Assembly: GCA_945898015.1 (NCBI GenBank)
Contig: CAMDGM010000018.1
Location: 4,522 to 68,521 of the forward strand
Direction: 5' to 3'
DNA from: PVC group bacterium
GTDB taxonomy: Bacteria > Verrucomicrobiota > Kiritimatiellia > CAIKKV01
DNA: 64,000 nt
A program made the position numbers and the translations under genes. Positions within the stretch are counted from its first letter, which is position 1; the number at the start of each line of letters is the position of its first letter. Under the pieces are notes generated by a model. The model made no database searches. It worked only from the letters and a program-made list of their open reading frames with translations, and was not told the origin of the DNA. Shown one piece after another: positions 1-11,020 of this stretch.

Positions 1-730
1 GCGGAACTTTGGAGCAGGCCAGGCTGAGGCGGTGGGGTTCCACGGCGACAGTCGGGCGGGGGGCGTTTATAAGCATGGGGGCAAAGCCAAGGCTGGGGAT
101 GAAGCGCCGGTCCATCAGCGTGAAGAGCGAGGCCCGGCGTATGACGCCGTCTACGTCCAGGTTCGCGCCGACGTGTGCCAGCAGGGCGGCGTTGGTGGCG
201 ATTTCCGGAATGGGGAATGTGGCGGATGGCGGCCGGTTGGAGCTGGACGGACTGGATAAAAGGGGTTCGTCGGGTGGATACGGAGACGGGTATAGGGCCG
301 GCCACGTCGTCGTTTCACCGACTGGAAAATAGGCCTGAACGACACGGCCATTGGCCCGGACGGCGGCGCCGAAGGCAACGTCATCTTCGTAGGTCGACGG
401 CTCGGTCATGACGACGTCGAAGGACAGGCTTCGCGCCCCGGCCCGGCGACAGAAATCCAGAATGGGCACATAGGCCGAGCGGACCCACGGCCAACTTAAG
501 CCATTTTCGTTTTTCCCCCAGTCCAGAGAGGCCTGGTCAAGAAAGATGAGCCGAATCGAATCCGTAGCGGGAGACGCTTTCGCAAACCAGCGGGCCCGCA
601 TGTCCCATGTTTTTACCTCCAGCGGCTGGAGCAGGGACCAGCCTGCCGCGGCGAAGGCGAATGAGGCAAGGCCGATGAGGGCGCCCTGCAACAGGCGCTG
701 GAGGGGTGATGCGGTGGAGAGCGTGGGCAT
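1..730 (-). CDS. CHASE2 domain-containing sensor protein, N-terminal part (runs off the left window edge)
   Basis: My own translation of the minus strand from ATG at 730-728 is open to nt 2. It is not in the ORF track because no stop lies inside the window. It reads MPTLSTASPLQRLLQGALIGLASFAFAAAGWSLLQPLEVKTWDMRARWF...IRLIFLDQASLD...LSWPWVRSAYVPILDFCRRAGARSLSFDVVMTEPS...DDVAFGAAVRANGRVV. A TM helix followed by this pattern is typical of CHASE2 extracytoplasmic sensor domains. The start lies 12 nt after the stop of the upstream gene. Confidence 0.55.
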   Translation of the reverse strand, partial: MPTLSTASPLQRLLQGALIGLASFAFAAAGWSLLQPLEVKTWDMRARWFAKASPATDSIRLIFLDQASLDWGKNENGLSWPWVRSAYVPILDFCRRAGARSLSFDVVMTEPSTYEDDVAFGAAVRANGRVVQAYFPVGETTTWPALYPSPYPPDEPLLSSPSSSNRPPSATFPIPEIATNAALLAHVGANLDVDGVIRRASLFTLMDRRFIPSLGFAPMLINAPRPTVAVEPHRLSLACSKVP

Positions 731-742
731 GATGAAAGGGGG

Positions 743-1972
743 TTAGGGTGGAGGCGAGAGGGAGTCCTTGGCCGTGAGGGCAGCCGGTTCGGCCAGGAGC
801 GGCGCCGGTGTCCCCCGGACCGCCAGGATCAGCCCGCCCATGCCGGTGATGGTGAACCAGAACCAGATGGCGTCCGACAGGAAGTCCGGAAGGAATGTGG
901 CGAGATAGAAAAACGAAATGCCCATCAATAAAAGGCGGGGAGAAGGCAAGGGGATGGGTTGGCGTTGACGGGCGCCTGTGAGCAATCGTGCCAGAGAAAG
1001 GGCTGCGATGAAGCGGCCCAGGTAAATCCCCAGGCCATAGAGTGTTCCGGTCACCAGCGCCAGGGGGATTCCCAGTAACGAGGCAAACATGAAAAGGATG
1101 GCAAAGGGAGCGAGCAGGAAAGCGGCAAGGCCCACCAGGAGTGTTCGCCAGGGGCAGGCCTCCATCCAGAGCGTGGAACGGACGACATAACGCGGGGTGA
1201 AGACAAAAAAGAAAATGCCCGCGAGAATCGCTCCGATAAAGGCGAGGAAGGTGGTCAGAACCTGTAGCATGGAGAAGGTGTCGTTCGAGACCGGTTCTCG
1301 TTGGGTCAGGCCTCCCGTGATTACCGCCTGACGATCCGGCATGACCGCCATGGCCGTTTCACACGTCAGCGTTCCGTTAATGCGGGTATTGGAGAGGATC
1401 GTGATTTTGTCAGCCTTGACAAAAACGGACCCATGCACAATCCCGTCGATCCGGACTTCGCGCGCGGTGATGTGGAGGTTCCCGTCGACAGTGCCGCGGA
1501 GGATGAAATAGTCCGCCAGCACCCGGGCCGATCCGATGACAATGGAGTTGGTGTCAAGGCTGACGGTCGACGCGGCCGAATATAAATTACCCCCGATGCG
1601 GCTATCGATCCGCAACAATTGGGCGGCGGTCCGGACATGATGTTCCACCGGTCCATGGATCTCGATCGACTGCCCCGCGGCCCAGAGGTTTCCCCCGATG
1701 GATCCATTCAAGGTCATGGTCCCGGCTCCAGCCGTAGTCAGTCCCAGGCGTGAAGCGCCTGCAAACAGGAAGAGGTCGTCCCGTGCATCGCCATCGAGCA
1801 GGATGTTGCGGGCAAGGATCCATTGTTCGCCCACGATCACTTCCGCATTGGCGAGGCGGAATGTTTCCGCTTGGATGAACGGAAACGCAGACGGCTCAGG
1901 ATTGGCCGGGGCCGCTATGGCCGGGAGGGCGCATAAGGCCGCGAGCAGGGTTGTCGGCAGGCATCTCTTCAT
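743..1972 (-). CDS. Membrane protein with signal peptide, bactofilin-like (polymer-forming cytoskeletal type) beta-helical repeat domain and C-terminal polytopic TM region
   Basis: ORF 743..2194. I prefer the internal start MKRCLPTTLLAALCALPAIAAP (ATG at 1972), which is a signal peptide. The repeat region is degenerate and G/N/I/V-rich (GSIGGNLWAAGQSIEIHG...RIGGNLYSAASTVSL...GTVDGNLHITAREVRIDGIVHGSVFVKADKITI). About 5 hydrophobic helices follow. Confidence 0.5.
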   Translation of the reverse strand: MKRCLPTTLLAALCALPAIAAPANPEPSAFPFIQAETFRLANAEVIVGEQWILARNILLDGDARDDLFLFAGASRLGLTTAGAGTMTLNGSIGGNLWAAGQSIEIHGPVEHHVRTAAQLLRIDSRIGGNLYSAASTVSLDTNSIVIGSARVLADYFILRGTVDGNLHITAREVRIDGIVHGSVFVKADKITILSNTRINGTLTCETAMAVMPDRQAVITGGLTQREPVSNDTFSMLQVLTTFLAFIGAILAGIFFFVFTPRYVVRSTLWMEACPWRTLLVGLAAFLLAPFAILFMFASLLGIPLALVTGTLYGLGIYLGRFIAALSLARLLTGARQRQPIPLPSPRLLLMGISFFYLATFLPDFLSDAIWFWFTITGMGGLILAVRGTPAPLLAEPAALTAKDSLSPPP

Positions 1973-2093
1973 CCCCTCATGATGCCAGAAGGCGTTGCCT
2001 TTGGAAAGCGTGGAAATTTCGGCAAACTCGGCCTTAAGCCTTTTCGTGACATGCGGAGCCGGGCGCGGTATAGTGGCTTTAACAGGAGACGCT

Positions 2094-2825
2094 ATGGACC
2101 TTGCGGGAAAGACCATTCTGGTTACGGGCGGCGCGGTCCGCATCGGTCGTAGCATTTGCGAAAAGTTGGCCCAGTCCGGCGCCCAGGTGATCATTCATTG
2201 CCGACATTCCGGTCGGGAGGCGCGCGAGCTGGCCGCCCGCCTCAAGACGCCCGGACATGACGCCTGGGTCATCCAGGAGGATCTGGACACAGAAGCGGGA
2301 TGCGAATCTGTTATTTCCCGGGCATTTGAGCTGGCGGGTACGCTTGACGGGCTTGTCAATAACGCGGCTGTTTTTCACCGGCGCAGTTTGTCCGAGACCG
2401 ATCTTACCCATTTGCTGGGTGAATTGCGGCCCAATTTTTTTGCGCCCTTGCTCCTGATCCGGGCCTTTATCCGGAGGGCCCAGACAGGGCGGATTGTCAA
2501 TATTCTTGATCGGCGTATCGCCACGCTGGAGACCGGAAGCATGGCGTACCAGCTGTCCAAGCGCGCCTTGGCTGACATGACCCGTCTGGCGGCGCTGGAG
2601 TTGGCGCCCGCGTTCACCGTGAACGGGGTGGCGCCGGGGCCTGTCCTGCTTCCCTCCGACGAGAAAGGATGTCCGCGCGACAAGGCCGGGCGTATTCCCA
2701 CCGGACGGCGTCCGACTCCGGAAGAGGTGGCGGACGCGGTTTTGACCCTGTTACAGGCGGATTCAGTGACAGGCCAGATTTTATTTGTGGACGGCGGGCA
2801 ACATTTGCTCGGAAATGGAGATTGA
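2094..2825 (+). CDS. Short-chain dehydrogenase/reductase, pteridine-reductase/FolM-like
   Basis: Start at MDLAGKTILVTGGAVRIGRSI, with AGGAG 6-10 nt upstream. The TGGxxRIG cofactor motif and YQLSK catalytic motif resemble PTR1/FolM. folB follows 3 nt later. Confidence 0.7.
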   Translation: MDLAGKTILVTGGAVRIGRSICEKLAQSGAQVIIHCRHSGREARELAARLKTPGHDAWVIQEDLDTEAGCESVISRAFELAGTLDGLVNNAAVFHRRSLSETDLTHLLGELRPNFFAPLLLIRAFIRRAQTGRIVNILDRRIATLETGSMAYQLSKRALADMTRLAALELAPAFTVNGVAPGPVLLPSDEKGCPRDKAGRIPTGRRPTPEEVADAVLTLLQADSVTGQILFVDGGQHLLGNGD

Positions 2826-2827
2826 GC

Positions 2828-3187
2828 ATGGACACCTTGTTTTTACGGGACTTGACGGTGTATGGGATAGTGGGCGTCAATGCGGACGAGCGTGTGGAAC
2901 GTCAACCCCTTGTTTTAAACATAGAACTGGGTTGCGATCTTTCCACGGCGGGTTGTTCGGACCGTCTCGAGGACACGCTCAATTATAAAAGCCTCCATGA
3001 CCGTATTGTCCGAGAGGTGGAGGCGAGTTCTTTCTTGCTCATCGAGCGACTGGCCCAGCGGGTCGCGGATATGTGCCTGGAGGAGCCACGGGTCCAGACG
3101 GTCACTGTGACGCTGGACAAGCCCCGCGCCCTTCGATTGGCGCGGGCCGCCGGCATTCGCATTACGCGTTCGAGGGCGGCATCCTGA
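2828..3187 (+). CDS. folB: Dihydroneopterin aldolase
   Basis: 119 aa, MDTLFLRDLTVYGIVGVNADERVERQPLVLNIELGCDL...DTLNYKSLHDRIV...LIERLAQRVADMCL, the typical FolB pattern. The ORF-track ORF 2669..3187 is trimmed to the internal ATG. Confidence 0.8.
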   Translation: MDTLFLRDLTVYGIVGVNADERVERQPLVLNIELGCDLSTAGCSDRLEDTLNYKSLHDRIVREVEASSFLLIERLAQRVADMCLEEPRVQTVTVTLDKPRALRLARAAGIRITRSRAAS

Positions 3188-3373
3188 TTCCGGTTTTTAT
3201 GAAATGAAGAAAACGTGGCGCGTCCATGGCGGTGTGGGGATTTTGTTGCATCAGTTCCTAAGGAATTCCTTTTAATCGTTTTGTCTCCGACACTGCGACG
3301 CGTTTCAGGTATGGACTTCTCGCCACCTGAAGCCTTAAAAGCCAGGGGCCTCCGCCGGATCGATTTTCTGAAC

Positions 3374-4855
3374 CTAATTGCTTTTCAGGAACCGGCTCAC
3401 TGCACGGGCATCCAGCAAACCATCGCCGTATTGGGTGTCCCACTTCGTGGAGCCTGTGCCCGTGACGGCGGTCTTCAGATCCGCCTTCGCCTGGGTGTCT
3501 GTGGCGTTGGGGTGCAACTGGAAATACTGGGCCAGCACATGAGCGGCGTAAGCCGTGGAGACGGAGGTGCCCACCGCCACCTTGCTGGCGCCACCGGGTG
3601 TGGCGGGCAGCGGCGCATAACCGGACGCCGAAAGGCCGAGAAAGTCTCCGTAGTTCGACCACGAGGCGGGTTTTCCGTCAGCTCCCGCTCCGCCCACGGC
3701 CAGAACGCCGGGAAACGCGGCCGGATAGACCGGGTTGCCCGAGGGTACATTTCCGGCCGCGGCCACCACCACGATGCCTTTGGCCATGGCCTTGCCAAGT
3801 TGTTCCTTTAAAAAGGAACTGGCCATGTCCGTGCCCCAACTCAGGCTGATCACCCGGATATCCTGATCGATTGCCGCTTGCAGGCTTCTCATCAGCGTGT
3901 CGCCGGCGACATAGGCATCCGAGCCGGATATACGGACAGATAGCACCGGTAACAGCGGGTACAAGCCCGGTGGCGAAGAGCCCCAGGGTTCGATGGCCCC
4001 CTCGGCCAGCAGGGCCATCTGGGTGCCATGTCCCTGCTGGTCAATGGGTTCGGTTGATGCGTCGATGGCGTCCAGCCAGGAAACGAGGGGATCCCCGGAA
4101 ATTCCGAACCCCGTATCCAGCACGGCTACCAGAGGTTTTCCGCCGGAGGGAGCGGGGCGAATCGGAGAGTCTGGGCGGGGGGGGGATAGAGAGGGCGAGG
4201 CAGCCTGTTCTGGAAGGGTTGGCGCGGGAAGTCGATAGACATAGTTGGGTTCGGCTGCGGCGATCAGGTCTTGACGGGTAAGTTCGGCCGCAAGTCGGGG
4301 AATGTCCGTGTCGGGGGGAAAGACGATTTTATAGAGACCCAGACCCGGCACGCTGTCGACGACGCGTCCGCCTTTTTTGGCCATGAGCGCCAGGAACGCC
4401 TCGGGCGAGGCGCCCTGCGCCACGCGGACGAGTATTTCGCCGGCCATGAATTCCCGGATCAGAACCCGGTTTGTGGAAAGGCCTGTAGCGGCCGAGAGCG
4501 ATTGGACATCGTCCTTGTGCCCGGGCCGGAACACCTGGATTTCATCCAAAACGGGGAGCGGACCCAGTGGCCCGGCAACCTTTTTCCAGAACACCATATA
4601 ATCGGCATTTACCAGCATGGCTCGGAGTACGCCTTCGGCATCCTGATGTCGGGTGTGAAGGGTGACAAGATTGGTTACCGCAGGATCGAGCTTCACCCGT
4701 ACCCCTTGGCGGGCAAAAGTCGCGAGTACGGAGGCAATGGGTTCGCGGTCCGCATTCAGGGTCAGGCGATCGCCTTCAATGCCGAGGTCGGCGGCGATAA
4801 GCGGAAAGCGTGATCCGTCCAGTAACACCACCAGAAACAAGAAATAGCGGAGCAT
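3374..4855 (-). CDS. Secreted subtilisin-like serine protease (peptidase S8) with N-terminal extra domain
   Basis: Signal peptide MLRYFLFLVVLL. Catalytic triad motifs are VAVLDTGF (Asp), QGHGTQMA (His) and VGTSVSTAYAAHV (Ser). A Pro-rich linker precedes the catalytic domain. Confidence 0.85.
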   Translation of the reverse strand: MLRYFLFLVVLLDGSRFPLIAADLGIEGDRLTLNADREPIASVLATFARQGVRVKLDPAVTNLVTLHTRHQDAEGVLRAMLVNADYMVFWKKVAGPLGPLPVLDEIQVFRPGHKDDVQSLSAATGLSTNRVLIREFMAGEILVRVAQGASPEAFLALMAKKGGRVVDSVPGLGLYKIVFPPDTDIPRLAAELTRQDLIAAAEPNYVYRLPAPTLPEQAASPSLSPPRPDSPIRPAPSGGKPLVAVLDTGFGISGDPLVSWLDAIDASTEPIDQQGHGTQMALLAEGAIEPWGSSPPGLYPLLPVLSVRISGSDAYVAGDTLMRSLQAAIDQDIRVISLSWGTDMASSFLKEQLGKAMAKGIVVVAAAGNVPSGNPVYPAAFPGVLAVGGAGADGKPASWSNYGDFLGLSASGYAPLPATPGGASKVAVGTSVSTAYAAHVLAQYFQLHPNATDTQAKADLKTAVTGTGSTKWDTQYGDGLLDARAVSRFLKSN

Positions 4856-4936
4856 GGCAAAATCCTTTCATCCGTCAGTATACATCGCGCAGGAATTCTT
4901 GACTATCCTGGTTTTTGGCGGTAATGGGTAAGGTCC

Positions 4937-6241
4937 ATGAAACACATGAAAATTCATTTTGTCGGAGTTGCCGGCGTGGGCATGAGCAGTGTGGCCCGGG
5001 CTTGCCTCGCGCTGGGAGCGGAGGTGTCGGGATCAGACCGATATTGGGATTCCCGCCAGAATACCGGAGTGCTTGATAAGTTGGCGGCCTCAGGCGTGAA
5101 GCTCTATCCCCAGGATGGTTCCGGCGTGACGTCGGAGACCTCCCGTGTGGTGGTTAGCACGGCGATCGAATTGGATAACCCCGACGTTTTGGCCGCACGT
5201 GCCCGGGGAAAGGCCTTGACGCACCGCGCGGCGATGCTAGCTGAGGCGGTGGGCGGCCGGCCTTGCATCGCGATCACGGGCACCTCGGGAAAAACCACAG
5301 TCACCGGCATGGTGGGCTGTATTCTTGAAGGACTGGGGGCGGACCCGATGGTGGTCAATGGCGGGGCGGTGGTGAACTGGACCACGGCGACGGAGATCGG
5401 CAACGTTCGTGTCGGTAACGGACCCTGGGTGATCGAAGCGGATGAAAGTGACAAATCGCTCATGCGCTTCCATCCGGACTGGGCGATCGTGACCAATATT
5501 TCCGGTGATCATTTCAGCGCGGAGGAAGCCCGGCAGTTGTTTGATGATTTCAGCGGACAGGTTAAAAAAAATGTGATCGGGCCCCTCGAGACACTATCTG
5601 GGGGAAACGAGTTTCGGCCCCAATTGAGCCGCGTCGGCTCGATTTTTTTGATGGGCAACGTGACCGTACAGGTGCCGGTTCCCGGGCGACACAATGCCGA
5701 GAATGCGTTTCAAGCCCTGATGCTTTGCGAAGCGATGGGCTTTGATCGGGCCCGTGCCGCCGAGGCCTTGTTGTCGTTTAAGGGTATTGGCCGGCGGTTG
5801 CAGACGATGGGCACCGCAGGCGGGGTGACTGTGATCGATGATTATGCCCATAATCCGGCCAAGATCGAGGCCGCCTGGGCCACGGTTTCGCCCCATTACA
5901 AAAGGGTTCTGGCTGTTTGGCGGCCACACGGCTTCGGGCCCTTGTCGGCCATGATGGAGGCTCTTACGGAATTGTTTCCGCGATTATGCGCGTCGGAAAA
6001 CCGGCTTTATCTGCTTCCCGTCTATTATGCGGGAGGCACGGCCCAGGCGTCTGTCAGCGCAGACGACTTGGCGGCACGCCTTCGCCTGGCGGGTGTGCGG
6101 GTGGAGGTTTGCGCCGCTTTTAGCGCCCTGGAACAGGCGCTGGTGCGGGATGCCCGGGCCGGGGATGCGGTACTCGTCATGGGTGCACGCGATCCGGATT
6201 TGCCCGGGTTTTGCAGAACATTGTTGGAGCGCCTGGCCTAG
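4937..6241 (+). CDS. murC: Mur ligase family protein, UDP-N-acetylmuramate--L-alanine ligase-like
   Basis: N-terminus is IHFVGVAGVGMSSVARACLALGAEVSGSD. The ATP P-loop is AITGTSGKTTVTGM, and DDYAHNP is present. I cannot separate MurC from Mpl by eye. Confidence 0.65.
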   Translation: MKHMKIHFVGVAGVGMSSVARACLALGAEVSGSDRYWDSRQNTGVLDKLAASGVKLYPQDGSGVTSETSRVVVSTAIELDNPDVLAARARGKALTHRAAMLAEAVGGRPCIAITGTSGKTTVTGMVGCILEGLGADPMVVNGGAVVNWTTATEIGNVRVGNGPWVIEADESDKSLMRFHPDWAIVTNISGDHFSAEEARQLFDDFSGQVKKNVIGPLETLSGGNEFRPQLSRVGSIFLMGNVTVQVPVPGRHNAENAFQALMLCEAMGFDRARAAEALLSFKGIGRRLQTMGTAGGVTVIDDYAHNPAKIEAAWATVSPHYKRVLAVWRPHGFGPLSAMMEALTELFPRLCASENRLYLLPVYYAGGTAQASVSADDLAARLRLAGVRVEVCAAFSALEQALVRDARAGDAVLVMGARDPDLPGFCRTLLERLA

Positions 6242-6269
6242 TTTGGCGTGTTGGGAGTGATGGGTGTTT

Positions 6270-7274
6270 TTACCCGGAATGAATGACGTGATCTTTTCGC
6301 AGGGGCTCCGCCAGATATAACAGACCGCCGAACAGGCTCCAGAGCGTGACGCCGATCCAGGGAATCAGCGACAGCAGAAAGGCGGTCAAGGGGGGGATTC
6401 CCACGGACCCAAAAATGATCACCGCGGCGCCTTCCCGAATTCCAAGCCCACCCGGTGTGATGGGAATCGTGCCAAGCGCGCTTAGAAGAGGAAACAGGGT
6501 GAATGCCTGGAAAAGGGTCAAGTGGGAATGGATGGCCGTCGCGAACATAAAATCGGCCAGCAGGGAAAGAATATGCAGTCCCAGTGAAAGGCCAAAGGCC
6601 TTCGCCAGCAAGGCGGGCTTTTTCCGAAAATGATAGATGGCCGCGTAAATCCGGGCCATTTGGTCGCTGACGACAGCCGGCATATGCGTTAAGCGAGTGA
6701 TCCGTTTCCAGAACCGGCTCTCGATCCAATTGCGGTGCCAAAGGAGTATCACCATGAGGCCGATCGCCACCAGCAGGATCAGGAGAAAGAACGCCGCTTT
6801 TTCGATTGAAGGGTGACTGAGCAGGAAGCGGATCCTGAATGTCAGGATAACCAGGATCAGGATCACGAGCGCCACCAAGCCCAGGAGCCGGTCTAAAAAG
6901 ACCGTGGTAACGGCTTCGGTTTTCCGGTGATGCGTTTCGCGGGCGGCATAATAGGCCTTGATCAAATCGCCGCCCGTGGCGCCTAGCATAAAGGCGTTAA
7001 AAAAATGGCCGATGAAGAATAACGTGAAACACCGGCTCCAGCACAAGCGGATGTCGTGTGTCCGCAAGAGAATCCGCCAGCGCTCAATGCCGAGCAGGTA
7101 GGCGCCCAGGAACAACAACTGGCCGCCCAGCATAAGCAGAATCCAGTGTGGCGACCAGTCGTGGACATTCATCCCGTGGGGCTGGTTCCAAATGCGATGG
7201 AAAATCCACCCGGCCAGGCCCATCCCGACGGCCAGTCGTCCGAAATTCCAGCCCCATTTTGCCAGCGGTTTCAT
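6270..7274 (-). CDS. Flippase-like membrane protein (lysylphosphatidylglycerol synthase TM-region / UPF0104 family)
   Basis: 334 aa, about 8 TM helices, with the conserved C-terminal motif TIPITPGGLGIREGAAVIIF. It is the last gene of the minus-strand gmd-rmd operon. Confidence 0.7.
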   Translation of the reverse strand: MKPLAKWGWNFGRLAVGMGLAGWIFHRIWNQPHGMNVHDWSPHWILLMLGGQLLFLGAYLLGIERWRILLRTHDIRLCWSRCFTLFFIGHFFNAFMLGATGGDLIKAYYAARETHHRKTEAVTTVFLDRLLGLVALVILILVILTFRIRFLLSHPSIEKAAFFLLILLVAIGLMVILLWHRNWIESRFWKRITRLTHMPAVVSDQMARIYAAIYHFRKKPALLAKAFGLSLGLHILSLLADFMFATAIHSHLTLFQAFTLFPLLSALGTIPITPGGLGIREGAAVIIFGSVGIPPLTAFLLSLIPWIGVTLWSLFGGLLYLAEPLRKDHVIHSG

Positions 7275-7290
7275 GCGTCTCCCAAGGCGG

Positions 7291-8202
7291 TCAGCCGACG
7301 AGCATTTCGCGAAGGGTATCCTCCAGCGTGAAGCCTGTAGTCCAGCCGGTATCGGTTGTCAGGCGGGTCGTGTCAAGTGGGGCGCTGAAATCGGCGGGCC
7401 GATAGCGATCCGGGTCGACTTCCACAGTCGGGTGGATGCCGGAAAGACGGCAAAGGGCGTCAATCAGCATCCGGATGGAAACCTGTCGGCCGGATGCAAT
7501 GTTGTAGGCCTGGCCGGGCCGCCCGCATTCCAGCAACAATCGGTAAGCGCGAACCACATCCCGGACATCCAGAAAATCCCGGGCGCTATCGAGGTTTCCA
7601 ACCTTTAATACGGCGGGGGAAACACCCGCCGCCATGCGTCGGAATTGGGAGGCGAAACTGCCCACGCTTAAACTTTCAGCTTGCCCGGGACCGGTGTGGT
7701 TGTGGGGGCGGGCGGTCATGAACGACATCTTTAGTTCGCGGGCATATTGGAGCGTGAGCCGGTCGGCCGCTTCCTTGGTGACCGCGTACAGGCTGTCCGG
7801 CGTCAGGGGGTCGTCTTCCTGAATGGGGACGTCCGGTGTTCGGGATCCGTAGACGCGTGCCGAACTCACCGCCAGCAGCCGGGCCGACGGCGCTTCGCGG
7901 CGGATGGATTCCAGCACGTTTGCGGTGCCCTGGATGTTGACGGAAATCATGAGTGCGGCGCGCATCGCCCCCTCGGCGGGCGTGGTGAGCGCGGCCAGGT
8001 GCACCACGGCATCCGGTTTGATTTTGCGGATGGCGGCGGCGACGGCGGCGGCGTCCAGGATATCGCCCTGAATCACGGGGCAGAACTCCGGGTTGGGCGG
8101 CGGTTCCAGCCCGAATCCATAAGGCTTGTGGCCGGCGGCGGTTAACTCCCGGACCAGGTATCGGCCCGCAAACCCGCAGGCGCCTGTGATCAGTACCCGC
8201 AT
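7291..8202 (-). CDS. rmd: NAD-dependent epimerase/dehydratase, GDP-4-dehydro-6-deoxy-D-mannose reductase-like
   Basis: MRVLITGACGFAGRYL Rossmann motif and YAVTK catalytic motif. It lies directly downstream of gmd with a 6-nt gap. Confidence 0.65.
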   Translation of the reverse strand: MRVLITGACGFAGRYLVRELTAAGHKPYGFGLEPPPNPEFCPVIQGDILDAAAVAAAIRKIKPDAVVHLAALTTPAEGAMRAALMISVNIQGTANVLESIRREAPSARLLAVSSARVYGSRTPDVPIQEDDPLTPDSLYAVTKEAADRLTLQYARELKMSFMTARPHNHTGPGQAESLSVGSFASQFRRMAAGVSPAVLKVGNLDSARDFLDVRDVVRAYRLLLECGRPGQAYNIASGRQVSIRMLIDALCRLSGIHPTVEVDPDRYRPADFSAPLDTTRLTTDTGWTTGFTLEDTLREMLVG

Positions 8203-8208
8203 ATCGCT

Positions 8209-10153
<1,945 letters not shown>

Positions 10154-10165
10154 GACGGGCCTAAT

Positions 10166-10197
10166 AAAAAACGCCGGGATCGAGAGATCCCGGCGTT
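10166..10197 (-). terminator. Rho-independent terminator downstream of rpsU
   Basis: The minus strand reads AACGCCGGGATC-TCTC-GATCCCGGCGTT followed by TTTTTATT. This is a 12-bp perfect stem, a 4-nt loop and a T-run, about 20 nt after the rpsU stop. Confidence 0.75.
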
Positions 10198-10215
10198 CCT
10201 GTTAGCGCGGATAGT

Positions 10216-10413
10216 CTAGCGTCCCTGCATCTTCGCCCGAATGCGGGCGCGAGCCTTTTCACGGCGCTTTTGTTCGCTGGGCTTCTCGAAATAGCGATTA
10301 TTTCGGAGTTCTCGCATCAGGCCCTCTTTGTCCAGCACCTTCTTGAGGCGCTTAAGAGCCCGGTCCACTGTTTCGCCACGTTTAATTCTTACTTGAATCA
10401 CGTTGGAAATCAC
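10216..10413 (-). CDS. rpsU: 30S ribosomal protein S21
   Basis: VISNVIQVRIKRGETVDRALKRLKKVLDKEGLMRELRNNRYFEKPSEQKRREKARARIRAKM. I prefer the GTG at 10413 because GAAGGGAG lies just upstream and it gives a typical 65-aa S21. The ORF-track start at 10464 would add 17 atypical residues. Confidence 0.9.
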   Translation of the reverse strand: MISNVIQVRIKRGETVDRALKRLKKVLDKEGLMRELRNNRYFEKPSEQKRREKARARIRAKMQGR

Positions 10414-10473
10414 GCTCCCTTCCTGACTCGGCCGGCTGTTGTTATACGCCGACCTCCTCATCAACGGACGGAT

Positions 10474-10503
10474 AATATAGGCGATTCAGGGAATCCGCGT
10501 CAA
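10474..10503 (-). promoter_or_regulatory. Sigma-70-type promoter candidate for rpsU
   Basis: The minus strand reads TTGACG (10503-10498), a 17/18-nt spacer, then CTATAT/TATATT (10480-10474). This is about 60 nt upstream of the proposed rpsU start. Confidence 0.4.
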
Positions 10504-10543
10504 TCCATTTGTGGAAAATTATGTTAAAAATAGGCGGGCACGG

Positions 10544-10990
10544 TCAAGCGGTCAGGAGATCGACGATTTCTTGAGGCGTGCGGGCGTGCAGCAAGGCGTG
10601 GCGGACAGTCGGTTCGTCGAGCGATTGACTGATCGCGGAAAGAAACTGAATGTGAGGACCGAGTCGCGTTTGCGGGGACAGCGTCAGAATGAATATTTTG
10701 GAGGGCTTGCCGTCCAGCGATTGAAAGTCCATTCCATTGGGCTTGAGTCCGACCGCCGTGACCAATTCGTTGACCGAATCGGTTTTGGCATGTGGGATGG
10801 CGACGCCGTTCTGGATGGCGGTGGACATTTTCGCTTCCCGTTCCAGAACCGCTTTTAAAGCCGCTTCACGGTCGGAGAGTTTGCCGGCCCGGATCAGCAG
10901 GTCGATCAACTCCTCGATAACCGCCTGTTTTGTGGATCCAGCCAAGTCAAGGGACACGGTTTCGGGATCAAGCACCTGTTTTAAATTCAC
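10544..10990 (-). CDS. ptsN: PTS EIIA-type nitrogen regulatory protein (EIIA-Ntr)
   Basis: 148 aa. The active-site region is AIQNGVAIPHAKTD (His). The N-terminus LDL..STKQAVIEELIDLL is typical of PtsN. Confidence 0.8.
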   Translation of the reverse strand: MNLKQVLDPETVSLDLAGSTKQAVIEELIDLLIRAGKLSDREAALKAVLEREAKMSTAIQNGVAIPHAKTDSVNELVTAVGLKPNGMDFQSLDGKPSKIFILTLSPQTRLGPHIQFLSAISQSLDEPTVRHALLHARTPQEIVDLLTA

Positions 10991-11020
10991 AGTTTCCTCA
11001 GTGTTTCAAAAAAGATAGGG

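Noticed and set aside
9-411. Plus- and minus-strand ORFs at the left edge: 9..332, 32..259, 151..384 and 175..411.
   Set aside because: A single open minus-strand frame from 730 to the window edge encodes a coherent CHASE2-like sequence. The listed ORFs are alternative-frame artefacts.
3260-3271. Palindrome AAGGAATTCCTT between the convergent folB and protease genes, considered as a terminator.
   Set aside because: The stem would be only about 4 bp with a 4-nt loop, and the T-tract is weak. The evidence is insufficient.
3215-3811. 198-aa plus-strand ORF downstream of folB.
   Set aside because: It mostly overlaps the 3' part of the S8 protease gene on the opposite strand and has no motifs.
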